A stretch of DNA of 32,000 nucleotides from Coprobacillaceae bacterium (GCA_963675515.1 OY776328.1:2849240-2881239); one strand, 5' to 3'; shown: positions 10,498 through 19,760, numbered from the stretch's first letter. Made by a program: numbers and translations. The notes: generated by a model from the sequence alone, not told the origin.

Positions 10498-10831
10498 ATG
10501 GAAGATTTCCTGAAAGATAAAAAAGAGCTGGAAGATCAGCTTTTTAAGCAGATGAGCGATATTTATGACCCGGAAATCATGGCTCCCATTACGGATCTGG
10601 GACTGATATACAGGGTTGAATTAACGGATGAACAGTCAGTTGAAGTCGACTTTACTCTTACCTACCCGGGATGTCCCTGGGGTCCGGTTCTTGAAAAATC
10701 CATTCAGAAGACTTTGAAGAAAAAAAAACGACTGGCTTGAAAATATTAGAACCTCCATGGTTTTTTCCCCCCCCTGGCAGATAAATTTTGCCAAAGAAGA
10801 ACTACGGGTAGCCATGGGCTACCCCATTTAA
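10498..10831 (+). pseudogene. DUF59 (SufT/MIP18-like) Fe-S assembly protein; frame broken in an A9 run as assembled
   Basis: ORF 10498..10740 has DPEI..PITDLGLIY..V.L.LTYPGCP. After the A9 run (10720-10728) the next frame reads NDWLENIRTSMVFSPPWQINFAKEELRVAMGYPI*, ending at 10831. This is the normal DUF59 C-terminus. An AGGAAGGA SD for sufC follows. Confidence 0.7.
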
Positions 10832-10842
10832 GGAAGGATTGT

Positions 10843-11622
10843 ATGAATGTATTGGAAATAAAAAATCTGAAGGCTGAAATTGACGGTAAAGCCATTCTTA
10901 AAGGTATAAATTTAGTTATGAGATCAGGTGAGATCCATGCTCTGATGGGTCCAAACGGTTCAGGAAAGAGTACCCTGGCCAATGTTCTGATGGGGCATCC
11001 TGATTATTCTGTTACGGGAGGGGAAGTCTTTCTCAATGGTGAGAATCTTCTGGAAATGGATATCCCCGATAGAGCCGCTGCCGGCCTGTTTCTGGCATTC
11101 CAGTACCCCGTAGAGATCCCCGGAGTCACTGTGGGAAAGTTTCTCAAAAGATCTCTGGAAGCCCTGAGACCAGATGAAAGACTGAACCTTACTGAGTATA
11201 TAAAGGACCTGAGAAGTACAATGGAGTTTCTGGAAATAGATCAGAATTTTATAAACCGGAACCTGAATGAAGGATTCTCGGGTGGAGAGAAAAAGAGGAT
11301 GGAGATCCTTCAGATGCTGATGATGAAACCCCTCTTTTCCATAATGGATGAAACAGATTCGGGCCTGGATATGGATGCTCTCAAGATTGTCTCAAAGGGT
11401 ATCAATGCCTCAAGAAGTGACAGCTTCGGAGGGCTGATTATAACCCATTATCAGAGAATTCTCGATTATGTACGCCCGGATCATGTTCATATAATGTATG
11501 AGGGTGAAATTGTCACTTCCGGAGGGATGGAAATCATCACTAAACTGGAAGAGAAAGGCTATGACTGGGTCAGTGAAAATATCCCGGCCGGAGCCGTACT
11601 CAAGGAGGCCGTCCATGGCTGA
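10843..11622 (+). CDS. sufC: Fe-S cluster assembly ATPase SufC
   Basis: 259 aa. Walker A GPNGSGKST, ABC signature FSGGEKKR, Walker B FSIMDETDSGLD and an ITHY H-loop. It sits directly upstream of sufB. Confidence 0.95.
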   Translation: MNVLEIKNLKAEIDGKAILKGINLVMRSGEIHALMGPNGSGKSTLANVLMGHPDYSVTGGEVFLNGENLLEMDIPDRAAAGLFLAFQYPVEIPGVTVGKFLKRSLEALRPDERLNLTEYIKDLRSTMEFLEIDQNFINRNLNEGFSGGEKKRMEILQMLMMKPLFSIMDETDSGLDMDALKIVSKGINASRSDSFGGLIITHYQRILDYVRPDHVHIMYEGEIVTSGGMEIITKLEEKGYDWVSENIPAGAVLKEAVHG

Positions 11623-13004
11623 ATTGAAAACCGAAGATTATAAATATGGATTCAGTTACCCCGAACGTTCAGTATTCAAGACCCGGAAGGGGCTGGATGA
11701 AGATATTATCCGTCAGATAAGTGCTCACAAGGGTGAACCCGAATGGATGCTAAACTTCAGACTTAAATCTCTGGAGGCCTTCCGCAGGCAGTCTATGCCC
11801 AACTGGGGAGCCGATCTGTCAGGAATTGACTTTGAGGATATTTTCTACTACATAAAACCTACTGATGAGATGAGCCGGAGCTGGATGATGTACCTGATGA
11901 TATCAAAGAGACCTTTGACCGTATCGGATACCCGAGGCGGAGAGAAAATTCCTGGCCGGAGTCGGTGCACAGTACGACTCGGAAGTTGTTTACCACAACC
12001 TGAAGGAACACCTGGAAGAGCAGGGCGTTATTTTCTGCGATCCTGAAACAGCCATCCGGGAACATGAAGATATAGTAAAAGAACATTTTGGTACGGTTAT
12101 CCCTTATGGGGATAATAAATTTGCCTCTTTAAACTCGGCTGTATGGTCGGGGGGCAGTTTTGTCTATGTACCAAAGGGCGTTCATGTGGATATTCCGCTG
12201 CAGGCCTATTTCAGGATAAACTCCAAAAATTTCGGACAGTTCGAAAGAACCCTTATAATTGCCGAAGAGGGAAGTTTTGTTCACTACATAGAGGGCTGTA
12301 CCGCTCCGACTTTCAGTACCGACTCTCTTCATTCCGCTGTTGTTGAGATCATTGCCAAGAAAGATGCGCGGGTCCGTTACTCTACAATCCAGAACTGGTC
12401 TACCAATGTCTACAACCTTGTCACCAAAAGAGCTCATGCCTATGAGGGCGCCACGGTTGAATGGGTGGACGGTAACCTGGGCAGCAAAAAAACAATGAAA
12501 TACCCCTCCGTTTTTCTTCTGGGTGAAAGGGCCCATGGAGAGATCCTTTCCATCGCCTTTGCAGGAAAAGATCAGGAACAGGACACGGGGGGGAAGGTAA
12601 TTCATGCGGCTGACAATACAAGCAGTGTAATTACATCAAAATCCATCAGCAAAGACGGCGGATCTTCAACCTACCGTGGTCTTATAAAGACAAAACCGGG
12701 GGTTAAGAATATCCGTTCTGCCGTTGTATGTGACGCCCTGATTCTGGATGAAAACTCCGAGAGTCACACCTATCCCTATATGGAGATCAATACGGATGAT
12801 GCCAGCATCGAACATGAAGCGAGGGTCAGCCGGATCAGTGAAACCCAGCTCTTCTATCTGATGAGCCGGGGGCTGAGTGAAGAAGAAGCCTCCATGATGA
12901 TTGTCAACGGATTCATCGATCCTCTTGTTAAACAGCTTCCCATGGAGTATGCGGTTGAATTGAACCGGCTTATAGAACTGGAAATGGAAGGTTCGGTCGG
13001 TTAA
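11615..13004 (+). pseudogene. sufB: Fe-S cluster assembly scaffold SufB; two 1-nt deletions as assembled
   Basis: ATG 11615 overlaps the sufC stop. MAELKTEDYKYGF...MSRSW is followed, after a frame change at about 11884 (GGG to GG), by [15 protein letters not shown]. After a second change at about 11928 (AA to A) comes [25 protein letters not shown]...[24 protein letters not shown], continuing into ORF 12186..13004 ([23 protein letters not shown]). Confidence 0.9.
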
Positions 13005-13032
13005 AAGCGGCCTGAAAGGAAAGGATAGAAAA

Positions 13033-14248
13033 ATGAAAACATATACCGAAACAGCGGCAGCTGTTCTTAAAAATATGAACTGGCCCGACAAAAAGACTGA
13101 GATTTGGAGGCGGACCCCCATCCGTCTGCTGGATCCTATGAGTTTTTCAGAGGGTGTGGATGAGAAAAGTATCAACTCTGATGATGCCGTGCCCATCCCC
13201 TTTAAAGAGAAGAGCGCCCATCTGCATTATGCCGGGACAAAAATGATATCCCGGGAGATGAGAACAGAGGAGGGACTCCCGCAGATCCTCACTCCCACAG
13301 AAGGCGCCAGCCTTTATCCCGATGAAAAGGCCTTCTTTTTTCCGGGAGAATGGGCCGACCGTTTTGAGGCCTGGAACGACAGCAGTTCCACCAACTCGCT
13401 TTTTCTGGATTTCCCCGCGGGAAGTTCCTTGAAAAGCCCTTTGTGCTTCAGTTGGACAGCCTCTTGCGGAAGCGCTACTCTACACCCCGTATCTTTATAA
13501 GAATCGGCGGGGGATGGCAGGGTAAAATTTTTATTGCCACTAACGGTACGGGAGATGAGAAAGAACTGGTCAATGCCTCCCTCAGAATCTGGGCGGGGGA
13601 GAACAGCCATAGTGATATAGTTGAAATACAGACCCTTGGCAAGGAAAGCCGTCTGGTGCAGAATTCCCATATCCGGCTGGAGAGGGACTCCTCTGTCCGG
13701 CACAGCCAGTTTCAGCTGGGTGCCTCCGCTGTAAAGGGCAACTGTATTTTTCATCTGACAGGTGAAGCGGCAGACCTGGAGTCGGGAGGAATCTTTACTT
13801 CCGGCAGAGGTCAGCATAAGGACCTTCGTCTGGAACAGAGGCATTTTGCCCCGCATACGGTCAGCCGTGCACTCTATAAGGGCGCCGTCAGCCACAGAGG
13901 AAGATCGGTTTTTCAGGGACTGATTCAGGTGGAGCACGAAGCCAGAGGAACTGATGCCTATCTGAGCAACAAAATCTGATTCTAAACAAGGGAGCCCGGG
14001 CTGATGCCATTCCCGGTTTAAAGATTCTCACCGATGATGTAAAATGTTCCCATGGTTCCACAACGGGAAAGCTGGAACCTGCTCAGTTGTTTTATCTGAT
14101 GAGCAGGGGAATCAGCCGAAAAGAAGCTGTCCGGATGCTGACGGAAGGAATGTTTGAAGAGATCATTGCCCGTCATCCTGAACTGCCTTCAGACTGGCTG
14201 AGAGAAAAAATAGCTGTAAGCCTGGAACCGGGAGAGCAGTATTATTGA
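13033..14248 (+). pseudogene. sufD: Fe-S cluster assembly protein SufD; two 1-nt deletions as assembled
   Basis: Three consecutive frames. The first is 13033 to about 13422 (FLDFPAG). The second runs from about 13423 to 13971 (KFLEKPFVLQLD...HFAPHTVSRALYKGAV..RSVFQGLIQVEHEARGTDAYLSNK). The third runs from the A4 run at 13971-13974 to TGA 14246-14248 ([47 protein letters not shown]). Confidence 0.85.
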
Positions 14249-15455
14249 AGCTATTGATTGAAGAATCCGCCTCTGATTTCCCCATACTCATGGGAAACAG
14301 AGACTACATCTACCTGGACAATGCCGCCACGACTCAGAAACCCCGGCTTGTGCTGGATGCCCTGCAGGACTATTACAGCAGCTGTAATGCCAATGTCCAC
14401 AGGGCCATTCACCGCTGGGGGAGGAATCTACCCGGCGTTATGAGGCCTCCCGGGAGAAAATAGCCGCTTTCATCAATGCCGGGAGCAGCAGTCAGATAAT
14501 TTATACATCGGGAACAACAGACAGTATCAATCTTGTTGCCAGCTCATTCTGCCGCCGCTTTATAAAGCCCGGGGATGAAATTATCCTGAGTGAAATGGAA
14601 CATCACAGCAATCTGGTTCCCTGGCAGATCCAGGCAGAGATTTCAGGAGCGGTTCTTAAATTTATTCCCGTTACAGAAGCGGGCGAACTTGATCTGGAAA
14701 GCCTTGAGAAACTATGGAGTTCCAGGACAAAGCTGCTCTCACTGACCCATATGTCCAATTTACTGGGTACCATAAATCCGCTTAAAGATATAATCAGCAG
14801 GGCCCATTCTCTGGGAGTCAGGGTTCTGATTGACGGGGCGCAGAGTGTCCCTCATATGAGTGTGGATGTCAGGGATCTGGATTGCGACCTGCTGGCTTTT
14901 TCCGGTCATAAAATGTACGGCCCCACAGGAATCGGAGTCCTTTACGGGAAAGAAGAGCTCCTTGATGAACTGCCCCCCTACCGGGGAGGCGGTGAGATGA
15001 TCCGGTCTGTTTATCTGGATCACAGCGAATGGAACAGTCTTCCCCATAAATTTGAGGCGGGGACACCCAATATTGCCGCTGCTGTCGGTCTGGGAGCCGC
15101 CGTTGACTATCTCAACGGCTGGGGCATGGATCATATAGCGGAACGGGAGAAAGTTCTGACAGAAAAACTGATTCAGGGCATTGAGAGTCTTGAGGATTAC
15201 ACCCTCTATGGAAGAGCTGTCCTGCGGGGCGGAATTGCCGCTTTTACAAGAAAGGACAGTCACTCCCATGACCTGACTCAGCATCTGGACTCCTGCGGTT
15301 TCGCCCTGAGGGCTGGTCATCACTGCGCTCATCCTCTGGCACGGAAGCTGAATGCCCTTTCCACAACAAGAGCGTCCCTCTCCTTCTATAATACGGAAAG
15401 GGAGATTGATCGTCTTATGGAGACCCTGGAACAGGCGGGGAAATATCTTTTTTAA
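14245..15455 (+). pseudogene. sufS: cysteine desulfurase SufS (class V aminotransferase); one 1-nt deletion as assembled
   Basis: [22 protein letters not shown] is followed, after a frame change at about 14413-14416, by [42 protein letters not shown], which runs into ORF 14595..15455. That ORF carries EHHSNLVPWQ, the PLP-Lys motif SGHKMYGPTGIGVLYG and the catalytic loop RAGHHCAHP. The start is uncertain: TTG 14245 or ATG 14290. Confidence 0.9.
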
Positions 15456-15558
15456 AACATTACCCCCCATTGATAATATGAGCATGAAAGAAGTATTTTA
15501 TTATTTCAGAAATGGACTAAAATACATTTATTGAGATTGATGGCTGAGAGAGAAAAAA

Positions 15559-15993
15559 ATGCAGTTTGATGATTTACATAAAGAAATAATACAGGAACAT
15601 TACAGGCATCCCCGGAATAAAGTCAGCTTGACCACGGATGAGCAGGGGGCCGTCCTGGATAACCCCTCATGCGGAGACCGGGTAGCTCTCAAGATAGACT
15701 GGGATGAAAACAGGACAATATCCAGGATCAGTTTCGACGGAGAAGGCTGTTCCATCAGTATGGCTTCTGCTTCCATGCTGACAGAGATTCTGACCGGTAA
15801 AAACAGAGATGAGGCCCGGGAAACGGCCCTGAAAATACACAGAATTTTCAGAGGGGAAGATCCGGTGGAGGATCTGGAGGTCTTTGGGGATATTGTATCT
15901 CTGCAGGGCCTCTTAACATCTCCGGTCCGTCTCAAGTGTGCCACCCTGGCCTGGCAGACTCTGGACCTTCTCCTGAAGGCGGAAACTGCCTGA
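15559..15993 (+). CDS. sufU: SUF-type Fe-S assembly sulfur-transfer/scaffold protein SufU (IscU/NifU-like)
   Basis: 144 aa. HYRHPRN, NPSCGD, GEGCSIS and LKCATLAW supply the conserved Cys/Asp ligands. It is the last gene of the suf cluster. Confidence 0.85.
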   Translation: MQFDDLHKEIIQEHYRHPRNKVSLTTDEQGAVLDNPSCGDRVALKIDWDENRTISRISFDGEGCSISMASASMLTEILTGKNRDEARETALKIHRIFRGEDPVEDLEVFGDIVSLQGLLTSPVRLKCATLAWQTLDLLLKAETA

Positions 15994-16016
15994 AAGGCCC
16001 CTTTCTCCTATAAATC

Positions 16017-16043
16017 GGCAACTATGCATCAGGCATAGATGCC
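16017..16043. terminator. hairpin between convergent sufU and the flavoprotein gene; possible terminator without a clear U-tract
   Basis: GGCAaCTATGC-ATCAG-GCATAGaTGCC forms an 11-position stem with one A/A mismatch. No T-run follows on either side. Confidence 0.3.
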
Positions 16044-16076
16044 GTAAACCCACCGGGCAGTATTATGGGCACTCTT

Positions 16077-16646
16077 TTACAGGCGAGAACCGATCATCTT
16101 TGCTTTTCTCAATAATTTCTGCGCTATTTCGGGAGAATTTTTGCTTCCCGGTTTTACAACTGTCCTGGTGACCTTGTATCCTCCGTAATGGAAAATTTCC
16201 CGGATGGCCCGCAGGGCTCCCCGGCTTTCTTGGGCGATAAAATTGAACGGCCAGGGAGTCGTGCAGGCTGTGACAATGACAGCCCTTTTCCCTTTTTGCC
16301 TCCCCAGGGGCATTCCGTTTGATTTTTCACCCATGAATACAGGAACATTGCGGTCAAAGAGAAGCTTGAGGGGAGCACTCATATTTCCCCAGTGAGTTGG
16401 TGTTCCAATAATCAGACAATCAGCGTTTTTGATTTTAAGACCGACCCTGTGGGCATCATCCTCCGCTAAACAGCATTCGCCGTCTGGCCGGCATCTCATA
16501 CAGCCTATGCAGTATTTCATTTTAAGATCATAGGCATCAACCCATTCTGTTTCATGACCTTTTGAAGCTGAATCGGATAGACATTTCAGCAGGGTGGCTA
16601 CGGTTCCCCTTTTTCTGGGACTACCGTTAATTATCAGAATTTTCAT
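16077..16646 (-). CDS. iron-sulfur flavoprotein-like flavodoxin-family protein (NADPH-dependent FMN reductase fold)
   Basis: 189 aa. MKILIINGSPRKRG FMN loop and a compact Cys cluster CIGCMRCRPDGEC (C-x2-C-x2-C-x5-C), as in Isf-type proteins. Its start overlaps the upstream gene's end by 20 nt. Confidence 0.75.
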   Translation of the reverse strand: MKILIINGSPRKRGTVATLLKCLSDSASKGHETEWVDAYDLKMKYCIGCMRCRPDGECCLAEDDAHRVGLKIKNADCLIIGTPTHWGNMSAPLKLLFDRNVPVFMGEKSNGMPLGRQKGKRAVIVTACTTPWPFNFIAQESRGALRAIREIFHYGGYKVTRTVVKPGSKNSPEIAQKLLRKAKMIGSRL

Positions 16647-17172
16647 TTAATTGATCCTTTCTGTTACAGAAACTCATCCGCCATCCGAACGCCAGGTAGG
16701 CGGGCATGGCTTGCCAGGTTTCCTGATAGAGGATTTCAAAATCCCTCATTGAGTAGCGGGACTCAATGTTTTTCACTGCGTATTGAACGCCCCCCTCCAG
16801 ATAAAACTCATTCCGGGAGCCCGCCGGGAAAAGGATACCCATTCCGGCGTCTGCACCGGGAACCCCGAAAGTGGTATACCCTGTATTGATATAGGAATAA
16901 TTCAGCCCGGCGGAAAGGTAGGGACTAATCCTTTTAAATTCGTGTGGAGTATAACGGAGCACACTGCGGAATTTTGAATCATCCATTCTCATATCGTGCT
17001 GCAGTTCCCAGGAAGGACCGCCCTCCAGTGATAAAAAACCGCCCCGAAAGATTTCGGTCCCTACGCTAAGATAGACGCTGCCGCTACTCAGGCCGGATCC
17101 GACCTTCCACTCCCTCGCTCCTGATTGCAGAACCGGCAGGAGGCAGAACAGGAATATAAGTTTTATCTTCAT
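16627..17172 (-). CDS. small outer-membrane beta-barrel protein with its own signal peptide
   Basis: This is an internal ATG (17172) of the 417-aa ORF. It is preceded by AGGTGAGG (17181-17188) and followed by MKIKLIFLFCLLPVLQSGA. The rest has an alternating aromatic/Gly beta-strand pattern and a near-terminal ..AFGWRMSF, resembling the OMP C-terminal Phe signature. Confidence 0.55.
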   Translation of the reverse strand: MKIKLIFLFCLLPVLQSGAREWKVGSGLSSGSVYLSVGTEIFRGGFLSLEGGPSWELQHDMRMDDSKFRSVLRYTPHEFKRISPYLSAGLNYSYINTGYTTFGVPGADAGMGILFPAGSRNEFYLEGGVQYAVKNIESRYSMRDFEILYQETWQAMPAYLAFGWRMSFCNRKDQLNENSDN

Positions 17173-17880
17173 GGAAATAACCTCACCTGGGCAGAGTCCA
17201 AGAATTTTCAGAGCCGTGCTTATGGAGCTGATATCCCCATCGATCAGGCCGTTGGAACCGTCAGCGCTTCCATGCCCTTTGATAGTCAACTCCCAGGGGC
17301 CGCTTTCGCTGCTGTCCACCCATGTGCTGTAGATCAATGAAGGCTGGCCGCTGCCGTCCTCTCCTCCCGACCATCCGTTTTCTCCCTTTCGGACATCCTC
17401 GGGCCAGTAATCATTGAAATCAGTCGACTGATTGACTTCCAAATACAACCAGAACCCGCTGTGAGATCCCTGTGGCCGGATAATTATCTCGGAATCACCC
17501 TTGGGGGTTGCTCCGGTTATACCGTCTGTGAGAGGCTCCTCTTTGCTGGGATATAAAACTCCCGATTCATCCTCTTTGTCTCTTTTATGGGCCCAAACCG
17601 GGAGGGACTCAATTCTTCTGTTACCCCTATTGAAAACCCATCCTTCCGTAGCCGTTTTCCTTGTGATAAACAGGGTTCCCAGATAATTTCCCGCAGAATC
17701 TTCCATCCAAAGGGCATACTGAGGGGGAGTCTTAACAAAGGTACTGAAATGATGAAGCCATTCATCACCCGGTTCAATATCTACGATGTAGTCTCCATCC
17801 AATACGATATCTGCCGTACCTGTGCAGGAAGCAGAAAACACACTTATCAAGGCAAGCATAATTAATAATAACTTTTTCAT
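17173..17880 (-). CDS. DUF2271-like exported lipoprotein; 3' end uncertain because it reads straight into the next gene as assembled
   Basis: Signal peptide with a lipobox-like VFSASC. PQYALWMEDSAGNYLGTLFIT, SLPVWAHK and DGITGATPKG follow the DUF2271 pattern as I recall it (..YVAVWLED..G..V.TL, ..WW.K, DGVSGAT). Confidence 0.55.
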
Positions 17881-17893
17881 TTTACTTTCCTAT

Positions 17894-17915
17894 AATGTTA
17901 CTCACAGGTAACATT
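17894..17915. promoter_or_regulatory. palindromic operator AATGTTAC-TCACAG-GTAACATT upstream of the DUF2271 gene
   Basis: Perfect 8-bp arms with a 6-bp spacer, 14-35 nt upstream of ATG 17880. The core is the same as the palindrome in front of the adjacent TetR gene. Confidence 0.65.
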
Positions 17916-17929
17916 GATTTATAAAAATA

Positions 17930-18534
17930 TCAGTCTAACAATCTCTTAATAATTTCCACTACCGTATCATTCAAACGGTCCCACCCTTCATCGCTGTTCA
18001 GATCAATTCCATTAAAATAATCTGCCCGGTCAGAAAGCAGCGACAGGTATGAAATCCGGCGGAAAGGATACTGATCAGGGCATCAATATCCAGACCGGCA
18101 TCATCCAGTAGTATTTTTTTGAAATTACTGCTTGCTTTAAGGCCATTGGCTTCCATCGCAGCCATGACTTTTGTACCCACATCTGTTTTCTCAGCCAGAA
18201 ACCATCTTAGAATTTCCCTTTTAACAGGATCATTTCTGAGGCTGCGGGCATATCCTCCCAGTACTTTTTCTGCATTTTCTGAAGGGGCTTTCAGCTTTTC
18301 TTTATCCGTCATCTCATCCGTCTCCATTACCAGATTGCCTGTCCAGTAGCTGTTGTTCATTCCCCAGGTTTCAAGGAGTCCCTTAAAGCTTCCAAAGTAC
18401 CGATATATAAGAATTTTAGAGACAGATGCCTCTTTTGCTACAGCATTTACGCCAAGAGCTGTAAATCCTTTATTCAGGATCAGCCTGTCTAGGGCTGCCA
18501 GAATTTGCTCTTCTGTTGATTTTCTGTCTTTCAT
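17930..18534 (-). pseudogene. TetR/AcrR-family transcriptional regulator; one frame change as assembled
   Basis: The N-terminal HTH region reads EEQILAALDRLILNKGFTALGVNAVAKEASVSKILIYRYFGS. ORF 17998..18534 ends in the implausible FHTCRCFLTGQIILMELI. Shifting frame at about 18056 (GGG to GG) gives ISYLSLLSDRADYFNGIDLNSDEGWDRLNDTVVEIIKRLLD*, ending at 17930. Confidence 0.85.
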
Positions 18535-18540
18535 ATTATT

Positions 18541-18560
18541 ATGTTACTAATGGGTAACAT
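18541..18560. promoter_or_regulatory. palindromic operator ATGTTAC-TAATGG-GTAACAT within the TetR promoter
   Basis: Perfect 7-bp arms with a 6-bp spacer. On the minus strand the region reads TTGACA-17nt-TAACAT-aataat-ATG, so the palindrome fills the -35/-10 spacer and the -10 element. Confidence 0.65.
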
Positions 18561-18723
18561 GCTTGTCAAGAACAGGAGTCTTGATTATTGTTTTTTTCGT
18601 ACAGGCTGTTGATCCTTATGAGCTTACCTGACATTGATCTGATAATAAATTTAGAAATAAAGCATGATATTTGCCTTCTTCCCGATTAATAGCTAACTTA
18701 TATTTATATACCAGGAGATTACT

Positions 18724-19721
18724 ATGAAATCATTACAGATAACAGGTTACGGCAGCATCGCAGACAATACGGTACTGGCAGATGTACCGGTTCCTGAAAT
18801 TACAGAGAGTGAAGTTCTTATTGAAGTTTATGCAGCGGCGGTTAATCCCATTGATTATAAAATAATTGCGGGAGCTCTTAAACAGATAAAACCTCTGAAT
18901 TTTCCCGCACCCCTCGGTTTGACCTCAGCGGGATAGTTAAGGAGGTCGGAGCAGAGGTTAAGGACCTCGCTGTAGGAGATGAGGTTTTTGCGCGGGTTCC
19001 AACAGGTAAAGAAGGGACTTTTGCTGAATATATTGCTGTTGATAGCCGGGTCGTGGCAAAAAAACCTGGAAACATAAGCTTTGAAGAAGCCTCAGGTCTA
19101 CCCCTTACAGGACTGACTACTGTCCAGGCTTTTGAAATTGCCGGTCTGAAAGCAGGTGATAAGGTACTTATTCATGCGGTTCCGGCGGAATCGGCACCTT
19201 TGCCATTCAGTATGCCAAAGCAAAGGGCGCTTATGTTTATACTACCACCAGCAGTAAAAATGTAGATTGGGTAAAGGAACTGGGGGCCGACAGGGTCATC
19301 GATTACAAGAAGGAAAACTATCTGGATGTGGTACACGATATTGATATCGTTTATGATACCTGGGTCATGAATATTCAGTAGATGCCTTTAAGGTAATCAG
19401 GCAGGGGGGTAAAGTTGTTTCCATAGCCGGACCTCTTGATTCACAAACTGTAAAGGAATTCGGTCTGAATATTATAATTCAGGGGCTGCTTGCACTGCAA
19501 AGAAGAAAAGTGACAAAGGCTATGAAGAAAAAATCCGCCCTGTATCGTTATTTCTTTATGAAACCGACCGCAGCCAGCTGAATGACATAGCCTCTCTGGT
19601 CGAAGCGGGCAAAATACATCCCGTAACTGCGAAGGTCTTTAAACTCAGTGAGGGGGTTGAAGCCCTTCAGTACCAGGAGACAGGAAGAGCTAAAGGAAAA
19701 GTAATAATTAAGATCAAATAA
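18724..19721 (+). pseudogene. NADPH:quinone oxidoreductase / zinc-type alcohol dehydrogenase-like (MDR superfamily); four 1-nt deletions as assembled
   Basis: Five consecutive frames give one continuous MDR protein: ..EVLIEVYAAAVNPIDYK..PLGFDLSGIVKEVG..FAEYIAVD..KVLIHAGSGGIGTFAIQYAKAKGAYVY..VIDY..GGKVVSIAG..HPVTAKVFKLSEGVEALQYQETGRAKGKVIIKIK*. The breaks are at about 18920 (T4 to T3), 19179 (G3 to G2), 19360 (C3 to C2) and 19565 (C3 to C2). Confidence 0.85.
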
Positions 19722-19728
19722 GAGATCG

Positions 19729-19760
19729 GGCGGAGACCTCTCTTCTCCGCCTTGCTTTTT
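19729..19760 (+). terminator. intrinsic terminator after the quinone oxidoreductase gene
   Basis: GGCGGAGA-CCTCTCT-TCTCCGCC forms a perfect 8-bp stem, followed by TTGCTTTTT. It lies between two convergent genes. Confidence 0.7.

Noticed and set aside
10720-10728. The A9 run in the DUF59 gene, the T8 run at 21693-21700 and the T10 run at 25175-25184, considered as programmed frameshift or phase-variation switches.
   Set aside because: The same kind of 1-nt length change also hits many 2-4-nt runs in unrelated housekeeping genes. A general indel process, probably technical, explains them better than dedicated switches. No slippery-heptamer plus downstream structure context was seen.
12666-15485. 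Long minus-strand track ORFs (12666..13196, 13314..13937, 14760..15485, and also 12129..12605) opposite the suf genes. Similar antisense ORFs occur elsewhere: 193..606, 1670..2101, 3040..3462, 8530..8799, 22532..22861, 23204..23566, 26166..26541 and 29748..30047.
   Set aside because: Each lies entirely within a confidently identified gene on the other strand. Their composition is low-complexity or Arg/Ser/Pro-rich, they lack SD-linked starts and they show no family features. They are shadow ORFs.
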